NCBI GenBank assembly: GCA_009859145.1
Contig: VRVR01000048.1
Location: 1-64,000 of the forward strand
Direction of reading: 5' to 3'
Length of the DNA: 64,000 nt
From: Andalucia godoyi And28
Lineage: Eukaryota > Protista > Jakobida
The first letter of the stretch is position 1, and every line of letters begins with the position of its first letter. The notes beneath the pieces were generated by a model. That model was not told where the DNA came from. It ran no database searches and saw only the letters and a list, made by a program, of their open reading frames with translations. The position numbers and the translations under genes were made by a program. Positions 10,327-21,036 of this stretch are shown here, piece by piece.

Positions 10327-10569
10327 TCACAGACACGTGTGGTTCCTTTTTGCGGCTATAGCATTGTCCACCGCAACATGAACGTGTTCTTTCGAGAATT
10401 CTTTCCGAGTGCTAAGCAGCTGGCGGGCTTCGGACCGTCCCTTTTCCCGTTGGCGGAAGTACGTCCAGTTCGCAACCAACATGCACAGCACCAGATTACC
10501 ACCGAATGCTGCTTGCATTGCCAGCTCCCATTGTTTACGCGGAATCCGAGTCTTCAGAAACGCAAACAT
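10327..10569 (-). CDS. Small single-TM protein, possibly mitochondrial
   Basis: 80-aa ORF from ATG 10569 (MFAFLKTRIPRK...) with one hydrophobic segment, filling an otherwise empty gap. Confidence 0.4.
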   Translation of the reverse strand: MFAFLKTRIPRKQWELAMQAAFGGNLVLCMLVANWTYFRQREKGRSEARQLLSTRKEFSKEHVHVAVDNAIAAKRNHTCL

Positions 10570-11026
10570 CTTCACTGCACGATCGCACGCAGGGACAAAA
10601 AATATGAATGCAACCTACAATATACAACATGCAACAAGGCTTTGCAAAAAGTCTGGTTGACGCTCGTGAATCCGACTCGTCGGGCTTTTTTCCCCAGCTT
10701 CCACCATCAATCCGCAACTGGGCATGAAAGAAACGCCAGTAGTCACATGTTTCGACAGTCTGCTGCACTTTAACGTTCTCATTATTCCCCCTTAGCCTTC
10801 CTCCGTGTTTGCTGCTTCCGCGTCCTCTGAAGAGAATTTCCCTTCTTCTTAACACACGGCGCTTGCTGGATTTCCATGTTTTTCTTCTTTATTTTGCATG
10901 GTTTTTTTCCCTTCTTTTCTTTTTTCGATATTTTTTGGTTTTTGATTCACTTCTCCTCCCTCTCCCCCTTTTTCGGTTACCAGCCAAACTGTTTTTTGAA
11001 CATTCAGAGCGCCCTCCAATTCCAAA

Positions 11027-12145
11027 ATGCTGCAGCTGAACAGAATCAAGGATCCGTATGCAAATTATGCAACGATGCGCAAGTATCAAGGACAGTCTTT
11101 TTCGCCGAATGCAAAGATTTATTCGCCCAACACTGCAAAGCACCATCGCAATGTTGCAGAGTCTGCAGCCTTCTCGGCGCTGGAGGGGTTCGAGGATTCG
11201 CCTTTCAAAACTCCGGATCATGTCGGCTATTACGAACAGCTGGTCAAGGAGTACATTGAAATCCTGCATACGTGTGGCGATCAGGTCCACACGGCACTCT
11301 TCTTTTTGAGAAAGGAGATTGCGAAATCACCAGACGCGTATGCAGAGCTGCTTCGTTTGCAACAAGAGGATGCACCGAAAAAAATTGAGTTCTTGGAAAT
11401 TGTCGAGGAAAACGAGCCGTCGGTGGATGAAGTCTATGGAGCAGAGAGAACGGTCTTGGGAAGCATTGCCCATGTGAATCGCGGCATCATGAACAACATC
11501 AGCATCTCGAACCTGAATTATGCGGGTCCTGACAGAATGCATGCGCAAAAGCAGGATCTGCACCAAGTTGAGATGCCGCCTCACCCTGCTCATCACACTC
11601 TTCACTCCCATTCTTCGTCATTGCAAGTCACTGGCTGCGATGGAAAAGAAAACATCTGTGTTACATACGCAGCTCACCATGCAGTGCAGACGCAAGGTCA
11701 GAACCAGAACCAGAGTCTGTCGACACAAGGAAAGAAGGAATTCCGCGAAAAAATCTATGTACCGACCGATGTTTGCCCGGGGTACAATTTTGTCGGCCGG
11801 CTTCTGGGACCACAAGGATCCTACTTGAAAACCCTGGAGACGCGGACAAATTGCAAGTTCTTTATTCGTGGTCAGGGATCAATGAAGAATCGGGCTGCTG
11901 AGCAGCAGCGCCGTGGGCAGCCTGGCTTTGAACACCTGAACGAGCCACTCCACGTAATTGTGCAGGCAAGCGATGAAGAGGCGTTCCTTGTGGGATTGGA
12001 CACGGTCAAGCAGCACCTTGTTCCCATTGACGAATCGCAGGATTTACTGAAGCATCAACAACTTAGACAACTCGCAATCATCCGCGGAAACTACTCGGTT
12101 GCAAAGGACTTTGAATTTTCCCGGGTCCCTACAAACATTCTCTAA
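11027..12145 (+). CDS. STAR-family KH-domain RNA-binding protein (QKI/SF1-like)
   Basis: KIYVP...YNFVGRLLGPQG.....LE..T.CKFFIRGQGSMK, EHLNEPLHVIV, QUA2-like DLLKHQQLRQLAIIRG. Confidence 0.9.
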   Translation: MLQLNRIKDPYANYATMRKYQGQSFSPNAKIYSPNTAKHHRNVAESAAFSALEGFEDSPFKTPDHVGYYEQLVKEYIEILHTCGDQVHTALFFLRKEIAKSPDAYAELLRLQQEDAPKKIEFLEIVEENEPSVDEVYGAERTVLGSIAHVNRGIMNNISISNLNYAGPDRMHAQKQDLHQVEMPPHPAHHTLHSHSSSLQVTGCDGKENICVTYAAHHAVQTQGQNQNQSLSTQGKKEFREKIYVPTDVCPGYNFVGRLLGPQGSYLKTLETRTNCKFFIRGQGSMKNRAAEQQRRGQPGFEHLNEPLHVIVQASDEEAFLVGLDTVKQHLVPIDESQDLLKHQQLRQLAIIRGNYSVAKDFEFSRVPTNIL

Positions 12146-12262
12146 AACACCACTCGCGAATCCACGACGACGACAAGGAACGAACGACAAGTGGGCGGCG
12201 GCAGCATTGGCCTTTTTTTCCCTCTGTTTTTAAAAAGAAGGAAAGAAGAATAAACAGGGAAA

Positions 12263-13027
12263 CTAACATTTCAGTTGCAACCGTTTCGAGATGAAGTCCG
12301 CAAGGTTAGAGCACTCCAATGTTGTCTGGCGCGAATCCAGAAGCTGCTCATCAAAAAAGGAAAAGTCAAAGTGCCTGATGTCGTATTTTTGCAACTCCTT
12401 TGTCACGTACGGTTCTCGCGAGTCCGTTTCTGAAAAGTGGCACAGCACAAACACGCGCGTGACCCACGCCGGGTAAGAGTCGTACAGCGTCTTCACAAAT
12501 TCGCAGTCTACACGGCCTAGTTTTCGGAAAAACACAATTACAAGCGGAGACGACCGATCTGGCATCGAGTCATCAAACCGAACTTCCGTGGACGCGCCCA
12601 GAATACTCTTCATAGCGCGCGCGGTTCTCGTGATGACTTGCGAAGGAAGAGAGCCAAGGCTGCCGTTTACAATGGCTGCATAGCTAATCGTCAGATTTGT
12701 TGATATGACATGTGACTCGTCGGATGCTGGAGCATCCGATGCCGCATCCTCTACATCATGGTTCTGAAGATTCACTAGCTGAACCTTCATCGCCGCATTC
12801 GAATGCTTCAGTTTCTTGTTTTCGTGTTCCAGCTTTGCCAGCTGCTCTCGGAGCTTGGAATTTTCGTGCTGCAAGCTGCGATGCTCTCGCAGAATCCGCA
12901 AGTGTTCATCGACAAAGCTCTGAGACTCGGATAAAATGCTTTGCAAGTGCTTCGACGTCTCTGGAAACTCGTCTCGTACATTCAAATTCACCGCGTCCAT
13001 CGACGGCCTAGATTCCTTGTTTCCCAT
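12263..13027 (-). CDS. Predicted N-myristoylated coiled-coil protein with C-terminal alpha/beta domain
   Basis: Starts MGNKES at ATG 13027; heptad coil LQHENSKLREQLAKLEHENKKL. Confidence 0.7.
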   Translation of the reverse strand: MGNKESRPSMDAVNLNVRDEFPETSKHLQSILSESQSFVDEHLRILREHRSLQHENSKLREQLAKLEHENKKLKHSNAAMKVQLVNLQNHDVEDAASDAPASDESHVISTNLTISYAAIVNGSLGSLPSQVITRTARAMKSILGASTEVRFDDSMPDRSSPLVIVFFRKLGRVDCEFVKTLYDSYPAWVTRVFVLCHFSETDSREPYVTKELQKYDIRHFDFSFFDEQLLDSRQTTLECSNLADFISKRLQLKC

Positions 13028-13483
13028 GGCTGACTGACGTAAGACGTGTCGTTGATGAGCAATTCGATACGATGCGATACTATTTCGATATGAATAGCAT
13101 ACGATGCGAAATGAAGGGACAGAGAATGCAAATGACAAAGACAAGAGAAAAAAGACTGCCACCCGCAGTCCGGGTTTGTTGTATCCGAATGCAGTACAGC
13201 ATCAGCATACTCTTGAGCTTGCACTTGAGCATTCCATTCCAGCATGCACTACAGGAGGCGAGAGGGGCAGGAAGAACCCCCGGCCGCCACTCGCCAACCT
13301 CGTTGGAAAACACTGTGCACTGCAGGAACGGAGGAAATAAGAAAGCGAAATAGGAAGGGGAGGGGCAAAGGATGCATTTATGTTTATAAAGACAACACCC
13401 ACTGCGCCCGCTGTGTGCTCTCCGAACAATCCCCGGCAAAGAGCATCATGATGAATTAAAATAGATTAAAAGATGTTCAAGAT

Positions 13484-15574
13484 CTAACTAAACACAGTCT
13501 TCAAAATGTGATCGGTCTTGCGACTCGTGAGCTGGATCACTCCAAGCGACTGCAGCTGATCAACTGCGTCAAAGAACTTGGCTTGGACCAGGGTTGCATC
13601 CGACGAGGTGCTGTCCTTGGATTCGTCGTTGCCCTCAAATAACTGCGAAAACGCCTGGAACGAGTCATACAGATTCACCATTGGGTTATTGTGCTCGCTC
13701 ACCATCAGACTGTAGACAGCCGACACATACGGCCATTGATGGGACGGAATGGATGGAACAAAGGGAAGCAGCACATGCGGCTGCAGCAAAGACCGCAGAA
13801 CTGCCGACCTGTGCGATCCCTCAACCATCGCCAAACAGCCCGAAGAAATCTGAAGCAGGAAGTATTCAGACAGCGGCCAGGACACCATAGATTCGCACCA
13901 GCAAAGATGCGCCTTCAAAAACGATGACAGCCACTGACCGGCTTGCTGCGCAACACTTTCAGATGCTGAAGCACCAACACTGCGATCCGCAACAGCCGCA
14001 GCCATCGAAAGTGTCTCTGCAGAAGAGACGAGAGCTTCCAGTCGACGACGCTTGGAGCGATGTCCAGCATGGGCAACAGGTTCTACCGATTCCAGCGGCT
14101 CCACAGGGAACAGACGCGGCGGATCCGGCAACGCACTGCGCTTCCGGCCCACGTTCTCGCGATGCGTTGTCGGAGCCGCTGCATCGGGCACCGTCAGTTT
14201 GTGCAACAAGCCAGAGAGAACGTTTCGATGCTGCTGCAATGGAGCATCTTCTCTGTTTGCCAACGACAACCAATCTTGCAGTTCCGTCGTCAACTCCTCG
14301 ACGGAAAGGTGCCGGACTCTCTCGATCGTCTGTTGAAACAAGGACAATGACCGATGACGGATTTCACCAGCGGCGGAAGTCCTTGTCTGCGGCAGCATAA
14401 ACAGCAAATCTGCAATGTCTTGAAACGACCCTTCGGAGCCCATGCATTTGGAAGAGCATCGGAGAAACAAGTCCACAGAGAATCGCACCCGCAATACAGA
14501 ATGCAAGGATTTTTCCAACATCCGCTTGGCCACAGTTCTTGTTACCTCGTCGTCTGCAACAAAACTCTTTTGAACGGATTTCTCATCAGACAATTCGGTT
14601 TCGACAAAGGACCGAACGGATGGTGCTCTTCGAACGCTTTCCAATTGCTTGTGGGACAGCAAACGCAAGAATCGATCTTCCTCCTCTTCCTGACCCTCAT
14701 TTCCACAGAGCCTTTTGGCAAGAACGAAGGAAAACCCAATGGCGACCGGGTCTCGCCAGAACAGCCTGGCAAGCGAAATGCGGACGAGTTGGATGATTGA
14801 CGACACAGACATTGTCTGATTTCTAAAGAATCGCTGAATCAGCTCCAGAGAAGTAGACGAAAGCAACAACCCAAGATTTCCAAAATCGAAAAGCAGCGTC
14901 CGCAGAAGAAATTCATAGTGCTGCAAGGGCGACGACAGTCGGATGGAAGTCAGCCGCACAAACGGGGATATCGAGCGATCGACAACATTGTTCAATATGC
15001 GCTGATCTGCTCCTTCCGGGGTTCCCAAGAACACCTTTATCACAATGTCGTGTGCTCGTCTGGAAAGGAATGCGAGGACTCCGCGAACCACTGCAATCGG
15101 CACTGCCTCTGTGTCGTCCAGACAGACAAGCAGCTGCGATCCTGGGACGTTGGCAGTCGTGGACAATAGTAAGTAGTCCATGCCCGCCACTGCCCGCTGC
15201 ACAGTCGAGCACTCCTCACTCCGAAGCCTGCAGAGCGTCCACGGCGCACCGGCCATGGCCTCGATCTGCTGAAACACCGACCCCGCATCGCTCCAGCTCT
15301 TGTGAATCGCGATGACATCAATAATACCGTCACGCTCCAGATGCAAACTCAAGATCCTTCGCACCTGCTCTCGGATAGGATCGACAGAATGCTCGCCGAT
15401 CCGAGATTCTATTGCATCGAGCTTGGAAAAAAAGAACCTCAAAGCGCCATGCGAATACTGCATAAACTCTGCCGACAGCGAATCGTCCATGCCAGACAGC
15501 ATCAAATCCCGCATCGACTCGTCTTCATCTTTTTGTGCCAACTTTGCGCGAAATGAACAGCTCTCCTCCTCCAT
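13484..15574 (-). CDS. ORC3: Origin recognition complex subunit 3
   Basis: LLVCLDDTEAV (degenerate Walker B region), FFRNQTMSVSSII, and C-terminal winged helix FFDAVDQLQSLGVIQLTSRKTDHI; first ATG at 15574. Confidence 0.85.
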   Translation of the reverse strand: MEEESCSFRAKLAQKDEDESMRDLMLSGMDDSLSAEFMQYSHGALRFFFSKLDAIESRIGEHSVDPIREQVRRILSLHLERDGIIDVIAIHKSWSDAGSVFQQIEAMAGAPWTLCRLRSEECSTVQRAVAGMDYLLLSTTANVPGSQLLVCLDDTEAVPIAVVRGVLAFLSRRAHDIVIKVFLGTPEGADQRILNNVVDRSISPFVRLTSIRLSSPLQHYEFLLRTLLFDFGNLGLLLSSTSLELIQRFFRNQTMSVSSIIQLVRISLARLFWRDPVAIGFSFVLAKRLCGNEGQEEEEDRFLRLLSHKQLESVRRAPSVRSFVETELSDEKSVQKSFVADDEVTRTVAKRMLEKSLHSVLRVRFSVDLFLRCSSKCMGSEGSFQDIADLLFMLPQTRTSAAGEIRHRSLSLFQQTIERVRHLSVEELTTELQDWLSLANREDAPLQQHRNVLSGLLHKLTVPDAAAPTTHRENVGRKRSALPDPPRLFPVEPLESVEPVAHAGHRSKRRRLEALVSSAETLSMAAAVADRSVGASASESVAQQAGQWLSSFLKAHLCWCESMVSWPLSEYFLLQISSGCLAMVEGSHRSAVLRSLLQPHVLLPFVPSIPSHQWPYVSAVYSLMVSEHNNPMVNLYDSFQAFSQLFEGNDESKDSTSSDATLVQAKFFDAVDQLQSLGVIQLTSRKTDHILKTVFS

Positions 15575-16055
15575 CACAAACAACCCCGCCAGTGCTGTCG
15601 CGTCTATTCCTTCTTTCCCCTTGTTGCCCCGTCAGCCAATTGACTGTCGATCTGGATTCCCACAGACACCACCAACATCGATGAGTCCTTTCTCCTCCCC
15701 AAAAATAATAAATAAAAGGTCCCCCCCCCCTCAATCAGACCAAAAGACCAAAGCCATTTTGTTGCGTCAAGTGAACCTTGCCTACACCCTCAGCTCAACT
15801 TTTCCCCATTGAACATCGGCGGCAGCCGTTCTTCGGAGGATCTCTGCCCATTTTCCAAGATTGCGTGTTACTTCGATAAATCGATAGAGTACCAGCCACA
15901 AAAAAAAGGGGGGGTGAACCGTGTGAGAGCGCGGGTGGGGAAGAAACGGAGTGAACAAGAAAGAAAGAAAAAAAGAAGGGGAAAAAAAGGGGGTGAGCGG
16001 AAAGAGTTACGCATCTCGTTTGGTTTGTTCTGATTGCACTAGGAATTTTTCCATC

Positions 16056-18677
16056 ATGTCCGAAACTGAGGATGGGGACGATGGAGGGCGTCAGCGCCGC
16101 CGTGCCCGCGACTTGCTGGGCATGTACTATGGAGTTGGAGAAACGCCGACTCGCCGCGCCGCGCATGATCTCGATATTGATTCTGCACAGTTTGTGGCTG
16201 ACCGATACCTGAAGGATGTACTGGCGAAGAAGGCTGTGAACGGGCTTATTGAGGAGTCGAATACGCGAATCAACGAAATGAAGTCTTTGGATTCTGATCT
16301 GCAGATGTTGGTGTATGAGAATTACAATAAGTTCATTTCTGCCACGGACACCATTAAGACGATGAAGACGAATGTCGAGAACATGGAATCCGAGCTTAAG
16401 CAGCTGGACGAGAACATGAAGGCGATCGACTCGTGTTCAAAGACCATTCACTCCAAGATTGGAGAACGGCGCACGAAAATTGAATCCATGAATTCGGCGT
16501 TTACTCAGCTGAAGCGGTTGCAGTTCCTGCTGGAGCTTCCCGGTCGATTGAAAAAGTGCATCGAAATGAAGGCGTATGCACAGGCCGTTTCTTACTGGGA
16601 GGCTGCTTCAAAGATTTTGACCCAGTATTCTCATCTGGAATCGTTTTCCCGTATCATCAAGGAGTGCAAGGCCCCGTTGGAAGAGCTCAAAACACGGCTG
16701 CGCTCGGCGGTGACATTGATCCCCGTCTCGGAGAAGGTCACAAAAGAAGCTAAACAGGAGCAGCATCAGTTGCTGCAGCAATCGGAGAAGAAAAAGAAGC
16801 GGAAAGACGAGTCTGTGGACAAGGATAGTGGCGCTTCCAAGAATGCCGAGATCGACGAGGACTTGCCTTCGAATCGACTCTCTGAAATGGCGGAGTATGT
16901 TCAGATGCTGCACAAGCTTGGTGACAATGTGAACGCTGTACGAGACATGTTCCTCTTGCACCGGAAGCAATTGCTTACGAAAGCTCTCCAGAACTGGGCT
17001 CCCTTGAATCCCACTGAATCTGTCATGACATGCGTTGCACGCCTCAATGCCAGATTCATGCCCCGTCTTGCCTGGACTTGCCGTGTGTTCATTCCGCTGT
17101 TCTCGGACATCGACGATCGGAAAGAACTGGTTCAATGGGCACGTGACGTTGGTGGCCAGTACCTGTCGGCTATGCGAGAATTGCTGACGAGTGCCGATTG
17201 GTCGTTTGAAAGGCTGTCGAACAATGCGCAGTCGCCCACAGAGTTCAACGATGCCTTGTCTGTGATTGGAGAAGAGGTGCGGAGAATTGCCGCATATGTT
17301 CCCGAATCGCATCTGGAAGAAACTCTGGCCAACACGATTTCCAACATTGTTCGCGGACGCGTTCGCAAGGAGTTCGATTTGATTGCAGCGAAGTTCCGTG
17401 CGTTTATGGACAAGGAAATTAGCTCATCGACTACTCCTGAGTCGGCGTCACTGTTCGACGTGCCAGATGTGTCGTTCGTTCGCGATGACTTGCAGAATGT
17501 TGTCTTGTTTGTGGACCCATTGATCTTCGGCAACGAGTCGTTGAGACCTGGGCACAAAAAGTCTCTTGTCCAGGTTGTTTCTACCATTTTGGTTGATTTT
17601 GTTCCTTCCAATGTCGATGCGTTCATGTCGGTGTTCTTGAAGTCTCGGGCTGGGCTCCCCGAGGTCGTTTTCTCCGCAGTTTCAACAAAGGCATCTCCGA
17701 GTTCTGCAGGCAATGCGTCAGCAATTTCTGCGCTCGGGTCTCTAAGACTTTGTCAGCTGTGCTTGGGTGTTGCTCGCCATGTTGTTCCTGTCATCACCAA
17801 AGTGCTGAAACCGTATGTCGCCGCAATGGATGATTCCGAGGGATTCTCTTCTTTCAGTGCTGAGAAACTGACTGAACAAGTGCTTCGCTTGGCAAGAACG
17901 TTCGTGACCCAGTACGCAGAATCCACGTCACGCTCCATTTCAAATACGTTTTCAGCTTCGATGGATGCCGTGAATTGGTTGCAAGCGAAGGAGCCGAAAG
18001 ACGTTCGTGAGATCACTGTGTCAGTCGTGAAGGAGCTGTCAGCAGCTAATCAACGTCTGAAATGTTCCTTCCCGTCCGCAATTATTCCACAGGGTGTCAA
18101 GAATCTGCATCCTGAACTGACGTCAGAAGATCGAGGCATCGATCGGCACGGCTCCATGTCAACCGGGCTCCACGCATCCTCCACGACGTCGAATATCTCT
18201 CCGAGCTCGTCGTCACATGGCATTTCATCCTCGGGGTCGTTCAATGGAGGCCTTTCGTCGGCTTCCAGTCGTGGAAGGCGATCCGGAACCGTCACGCACC
18301 ATCCGAGCACGGGTGTTGGGATGGAAGTTGACAAGGTCTTCTCAAAAGGACTGGCGCAGTTTTCCGTTACACCCCCGCTTTTCACCCCCGCCTCTGTGAT
18401 GATGTTCATTCTCAAGCGCGTTTTCAAGTCCATTTCGGAAGCCATTCGTCTCCAAACACTCAGTGTAAACGGGAGGACGCAGCTTCTCGTGGATTTGGAG
18501 TACATGCGTTTGCGAATGATGCCTTTGGTTGCCGATGCGGACAGAGCCGATGTGTCAAAGCTTGAAACATTGGTTGACGTGGCATTGCAAATCTGCAAAG
18601 ACCGGTGTGTTTCCACGGAAAAGCCTCCTGCTGACCTTGTGAGGCAGCTTGCCACAACCAGAGCTTCACGAGAATGA
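16056..18677 (+). CDS. VPS51: GARP/EARP complex subunit Vps51
   Basis: DIDSAQF, MKSLDSDLQMLVYENYNKFISATDTIKTMK, LQFLLELP, and C-terminal EAIRLQTLSVNGRTQLLVD. Confidence 0.93.
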   Translation: MSETEDGDDGGRQRRRARDLLGMYYGVGETPTRRAAHDLDIDSAQFVADRYLKDVLAKKAVNGLIEESNTRINEMKSLDSDLQMLVYENYNKFISATDTIKTMKTNVENMESELKQLDENMKAIDSCSKTIHSKIGERRTKIESMNSAFTQLKRLQFLLELPGRLKKCIEMKAYAQAVSYWEAASKILTQYSHLESFSRIIKECKAPLEELKTRLRSAVTLIPVSEKVTKEAKQEQHQLLQQSEKKKKRKDESVDKDSGASKNAEIDEDLPSNRLSEMAEYVQMLHKLGDNVNAVRDMFLLHRKQLLTKALQNWAPLNPTESVMTCVARLNARFMPRLAWTCRVFIPLFSDIDDRKELVQWARDVGGQYLSAMRELLTSADWSFERLSNNAQSPTEFNDALSVIGEEVRRIAAYVPESHLEETLANTISNIVRGRVRKEFDLIAAKFRAFMDKEISSSTTPESASLFDVPDVSFVRDDLQNVVLFVDPLIFGNESLRPGHKKSLVQVVSTILVDFVPSNVDAFMSVFLKSRAGLPEVVFSAVSTKASPSSAGNASAISALGSLRLCQLCLGVARHVVPVITKVLKPYVAAMDDSEGFSSFSAEKLTEQVLRLARTFVTQYAESTSRSISNTFSASMDAVNWLQAKEPKDVREITVSVVKELSAANQRLKCSFPSAIIPQGVKNLHPELTSEDRGIDRHGSMSTGLHASSTTSNISPSSSSHGISSSGSFNGGLSSASSRGRRSGTVTHHPSTGVGMEVDKVFSKGLAQFSVTPPLFTPASVMMFILKRVFKSISEAIRLQTLSVNGRTQLLVDLEYMRLRMMPLVADADRADVSKLETLVDVALQICKDRCVSTEKPPADLVRQLATTRASRE

Positions 18678-18705
18678 TCGCCATAATGCTGAAAAAATAA
18701 TTTTA

Positions 18706-18764
18706 CAACTGACCGACTGGGAGTCAACAGAAAAATTTATTGGAGGCAACGTGGGTATTTTTGG
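18706..18764 (+). repeat. Left terminal inverted repeat
   Basis: Reverse complement of 20978-21036 with 2 mismatches (18738, 18749). Confidence 0.95.
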
Positions 18765-18924
18765 GGCTAACTGCTGCTACAGTCAGCGAAAAATAAAATT
18801 TGGCGCGCACGCCGTTTGCGAGGGAGACACAAAAAACCGAAAACCAAAAAAATCATGTTCTCTCATCTGCCTCTTCAATTTTTGAGAGAATAGTTGATCA
18901 GACATTGAAAACGTACGTCCGGGA

Positions 18925-20865
18925 ATGGAGAAGACCACGGAAACCATGACGCAAGAGAGTCCAGACTCTGAATCGTCGCCCGAAATCAAGAGCAACGCGG
19001 CTCAAAACGCAGAAGCAAATGCAGCCGAACCCGCCCGGGACCTCTCAGAGGATCCCTCCATATTTTCAACTTCAGCGTGGAAAGACGCGTGCCGTGGACC
19101 TTTTGCAGATGCTGAGAAGGAGCTTTTTGAAGAAAGAAGTGCTCCTGAGACTTCTCCAGCCCGCCAACCATTCACCGAGATGCACCACAATGCTGTTCGT
19201 GTACCTTCACTAAAGCGAAGAGGCACGCAGGCTGTGGCAACTGCTTCATCGGATACGAGTGTTCCAAACCAGCTTACAAAACGGATTATGCCAGATGATG
19301 AAAGCGTGATTCCAATCCCCGCCGCGGATGTGAAAGCTATTCCAGAGCTGCAAGGACTGCAACTGAACCAACTCAAGTCGAAGAAACGTCTTTCGCTGGA
19401 TGCTGCAAAGGAAGTTCGGGAAATGAAAAGAGCGCGAAAGGTCCAAGAAAATGATGCAGCTCGGATGCTAACGATGCAGGCAGCAGTGCGAGAGACGTTG
19501 GCAAAGGCAGCCCTTGCAGAAGGAGAGCGAAAGGAAGCTGTTGAAAAAGCGAAGGAGAACCTGGCGCAGACGCCAATCAAGCCTACTGGAGTTGTATCGC
19601 AGGAGGACCGGAAGATCATTTGGAATCAGATTAACTTCATGGGAACTCGTGCGAGCGAAGTTGCGAAGATGCTAGAGAAAAACATCAATACTGTCCGTAG
19701 CGCATGGAGGAGCATGCGCCAGAGACAACTGCAAGGATTGGATCCTGTAGAAATGCCGCTGAGAGGAGGGAACATCCCTGCGTGTCGGAAACCAAGGATG
19801 TTATCCGAAGACCAGCTACTGTGGTCGGCAAGAATGATGGTCTTGGACAACACTCTGCAGTACAAAGATCTTGCAAACAAGGTCGTATCGCAGTTTCCGG
19901 AGTTGCAGGCTGTGAACAAAGACCATTTGGCTCAGAATCTGCAAAAATACTTGCATAACAACCTTGGATTTCGACTGGCAGATTTCCTGACGGTCCCCGT
20001 CTCTCGCAATCTGGAGCGCGCTATTCAAGCTCGAAGCGAGTATGCAGCGAAAATGCTTGGCGACAAAGAAGATCAGTACCAAAGAGCAATTTTCATCGAC
20101 GAGACGCCGTTCAACGTTGATGTCCACCCCGAACAAGGAATCTCCCTTCAAGGGTGCCGTCCATTGCTTGCGATTCACAACATCCAAGCGCCGAGCCTGA
20201 CTTTGATCGCAGCCGTTGACAGAAATTCGTTCGTCTATTATGAATGCTACACAGGCGGCATCAATGGAGCGACATACGCCCAATTTCTGAAGAATCTCTT
20301 CCAGCGTCTCGAACGAACGGGAAGAATCCTCGAGGGTCAAAAACAAATGATCATTCACGACAACGTTCCAATGCATACGGCGAAGCAAACAGTGGTCCCT
20401 TTGCTGCGCGAGTGGGAGTCCAAGATTGAAGTGGAACAGCTGCCACCGTATTCTCCCTTTCTTAATCCTTGCGAAGAAGTATTCGGAATGTGGAAGTTTC
20501 AGTTCTGTCAGATTGTCCGAGAAAAAGTTGCGACACATCCAGCAGGGGTTGCAGCACTGGTTCAACAAGCAGCGAACCAGATCTCGTCCAACAACATCAT
20601 GGCCGCATACAAGCATGCACGTTCCTTCTTTGTGCAGTGTGTGAAAAAGATTCCAGTCAATTCACACCAAATTCTGGATGGAATCCACGAAGGCGACGAA
20701 AAAGAGGAAATTCTCCTTCGGAAGTACAAGGAGTGGGGCATCGATCTGCACTCAGATGTCCGACAAGACCAAGTTGAGGCCGGAACAACAGAGAACAATG
20801 AAGCAGAGTCAGCACGTACTGCAAAGAATGATGCCTGCTTCGTACCCGTGTTCACACAACCATAG
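18925..20865 (+). CDS. DDE transposase (DDE_3-type) with long N-terminal extension
   Basis: HTH-like ASEVAKMLEKNINTVRSAW, then IFIDETPFN, IIHDNVPMH and LPPYSPFLNPCEE; 37 residues between the second D and E. Confidence 0.93.
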   Translation: MEKTTETMTQESPDSESSPEIKSNAAQNAEANAAEPARDLSEDPSIFSTSAWKDACRGPFADAEKELFEERSAPETSPARQPFTEMHHNAVRVPSLKRRGTQAVATASSDTSVPNQLTKRIMPDDESVIPIPAADVKAIPELQGLQLNQLKSKKRLSLDAAKEVREMKRARKVQENDAARMLTMQAAVRETLAKAALAEGERKEAVEKAKENLAQTPIKPTGVVSQEDRKIIWNQINFMGTRASEVAKMLEKNINTVRSAWRSMRQRQLQGLDPVEMPLRGGNIPACRKPRMLSEDQLLWSARMMVLDNTLQYKDLANKVVSQFPELQAVNKDHLAQNLQKYLHNNLGFRLADFLTVPVSRNLERAIQARSEYAAKMLGDKEDQYQRAIFIDETPFNVDVHPEQGISLQGCRPLLAIHNIQAPSLTLIAAVDRNSFVYYECYTGGINGATYAQFLKNLFQRLERTGRILEGQKQMIIHDNVPMHTAKQTVVPLLREWESKIEVEQLPPYSPFLNPCEEVFGMWKFQFCQIVREKVATHPAGVAALVQQAANQISSNNIMAAYKHARSFFVQCVKKIPVNSHQILDGIHEGDEKEEILLRKYKEWGIDLHSDVRQDQVEAGTTENNEAESARTAKNDACFVPVFTQP

Positions 20866-20977
20866 CCATGGAGCACAATTGCAAGACACTAAGGGATAAA
20901 ATGCTTTCGAGAGAAAGCAGACGCGGAACGTTGGGAATTGTTAATCGGTACAGCTGCTCAACAAACCCCTGTCAACT

Positions 20978-21036
20978 CCAAAAATACCCACGCTGCCTCC
21001 AATTAATTTTTCTGTTGACTCCCAGTCGGTCAGTTG
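20978..21036 (-). repeat. Right terminal inverted repeat
   Basis: Inverted match to 18706-18764; followed by TA. Confidence 0.95.

Larger units (their letters stand above)
18706..21036 (+). mobile_element. Full-length IS630/Tc1/mariner DNA transposon (DD37E)
   Basis: TIRs 18706-18764 and 20978-21036 (59 bp, first 32 bp perfect, 2 mismatches; start CAACTGACCGACTGGGAGTCAACAG). TA at 18704-18705 and 21037-21038. One intact transposase ORF inside. Confidence 0.95.
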
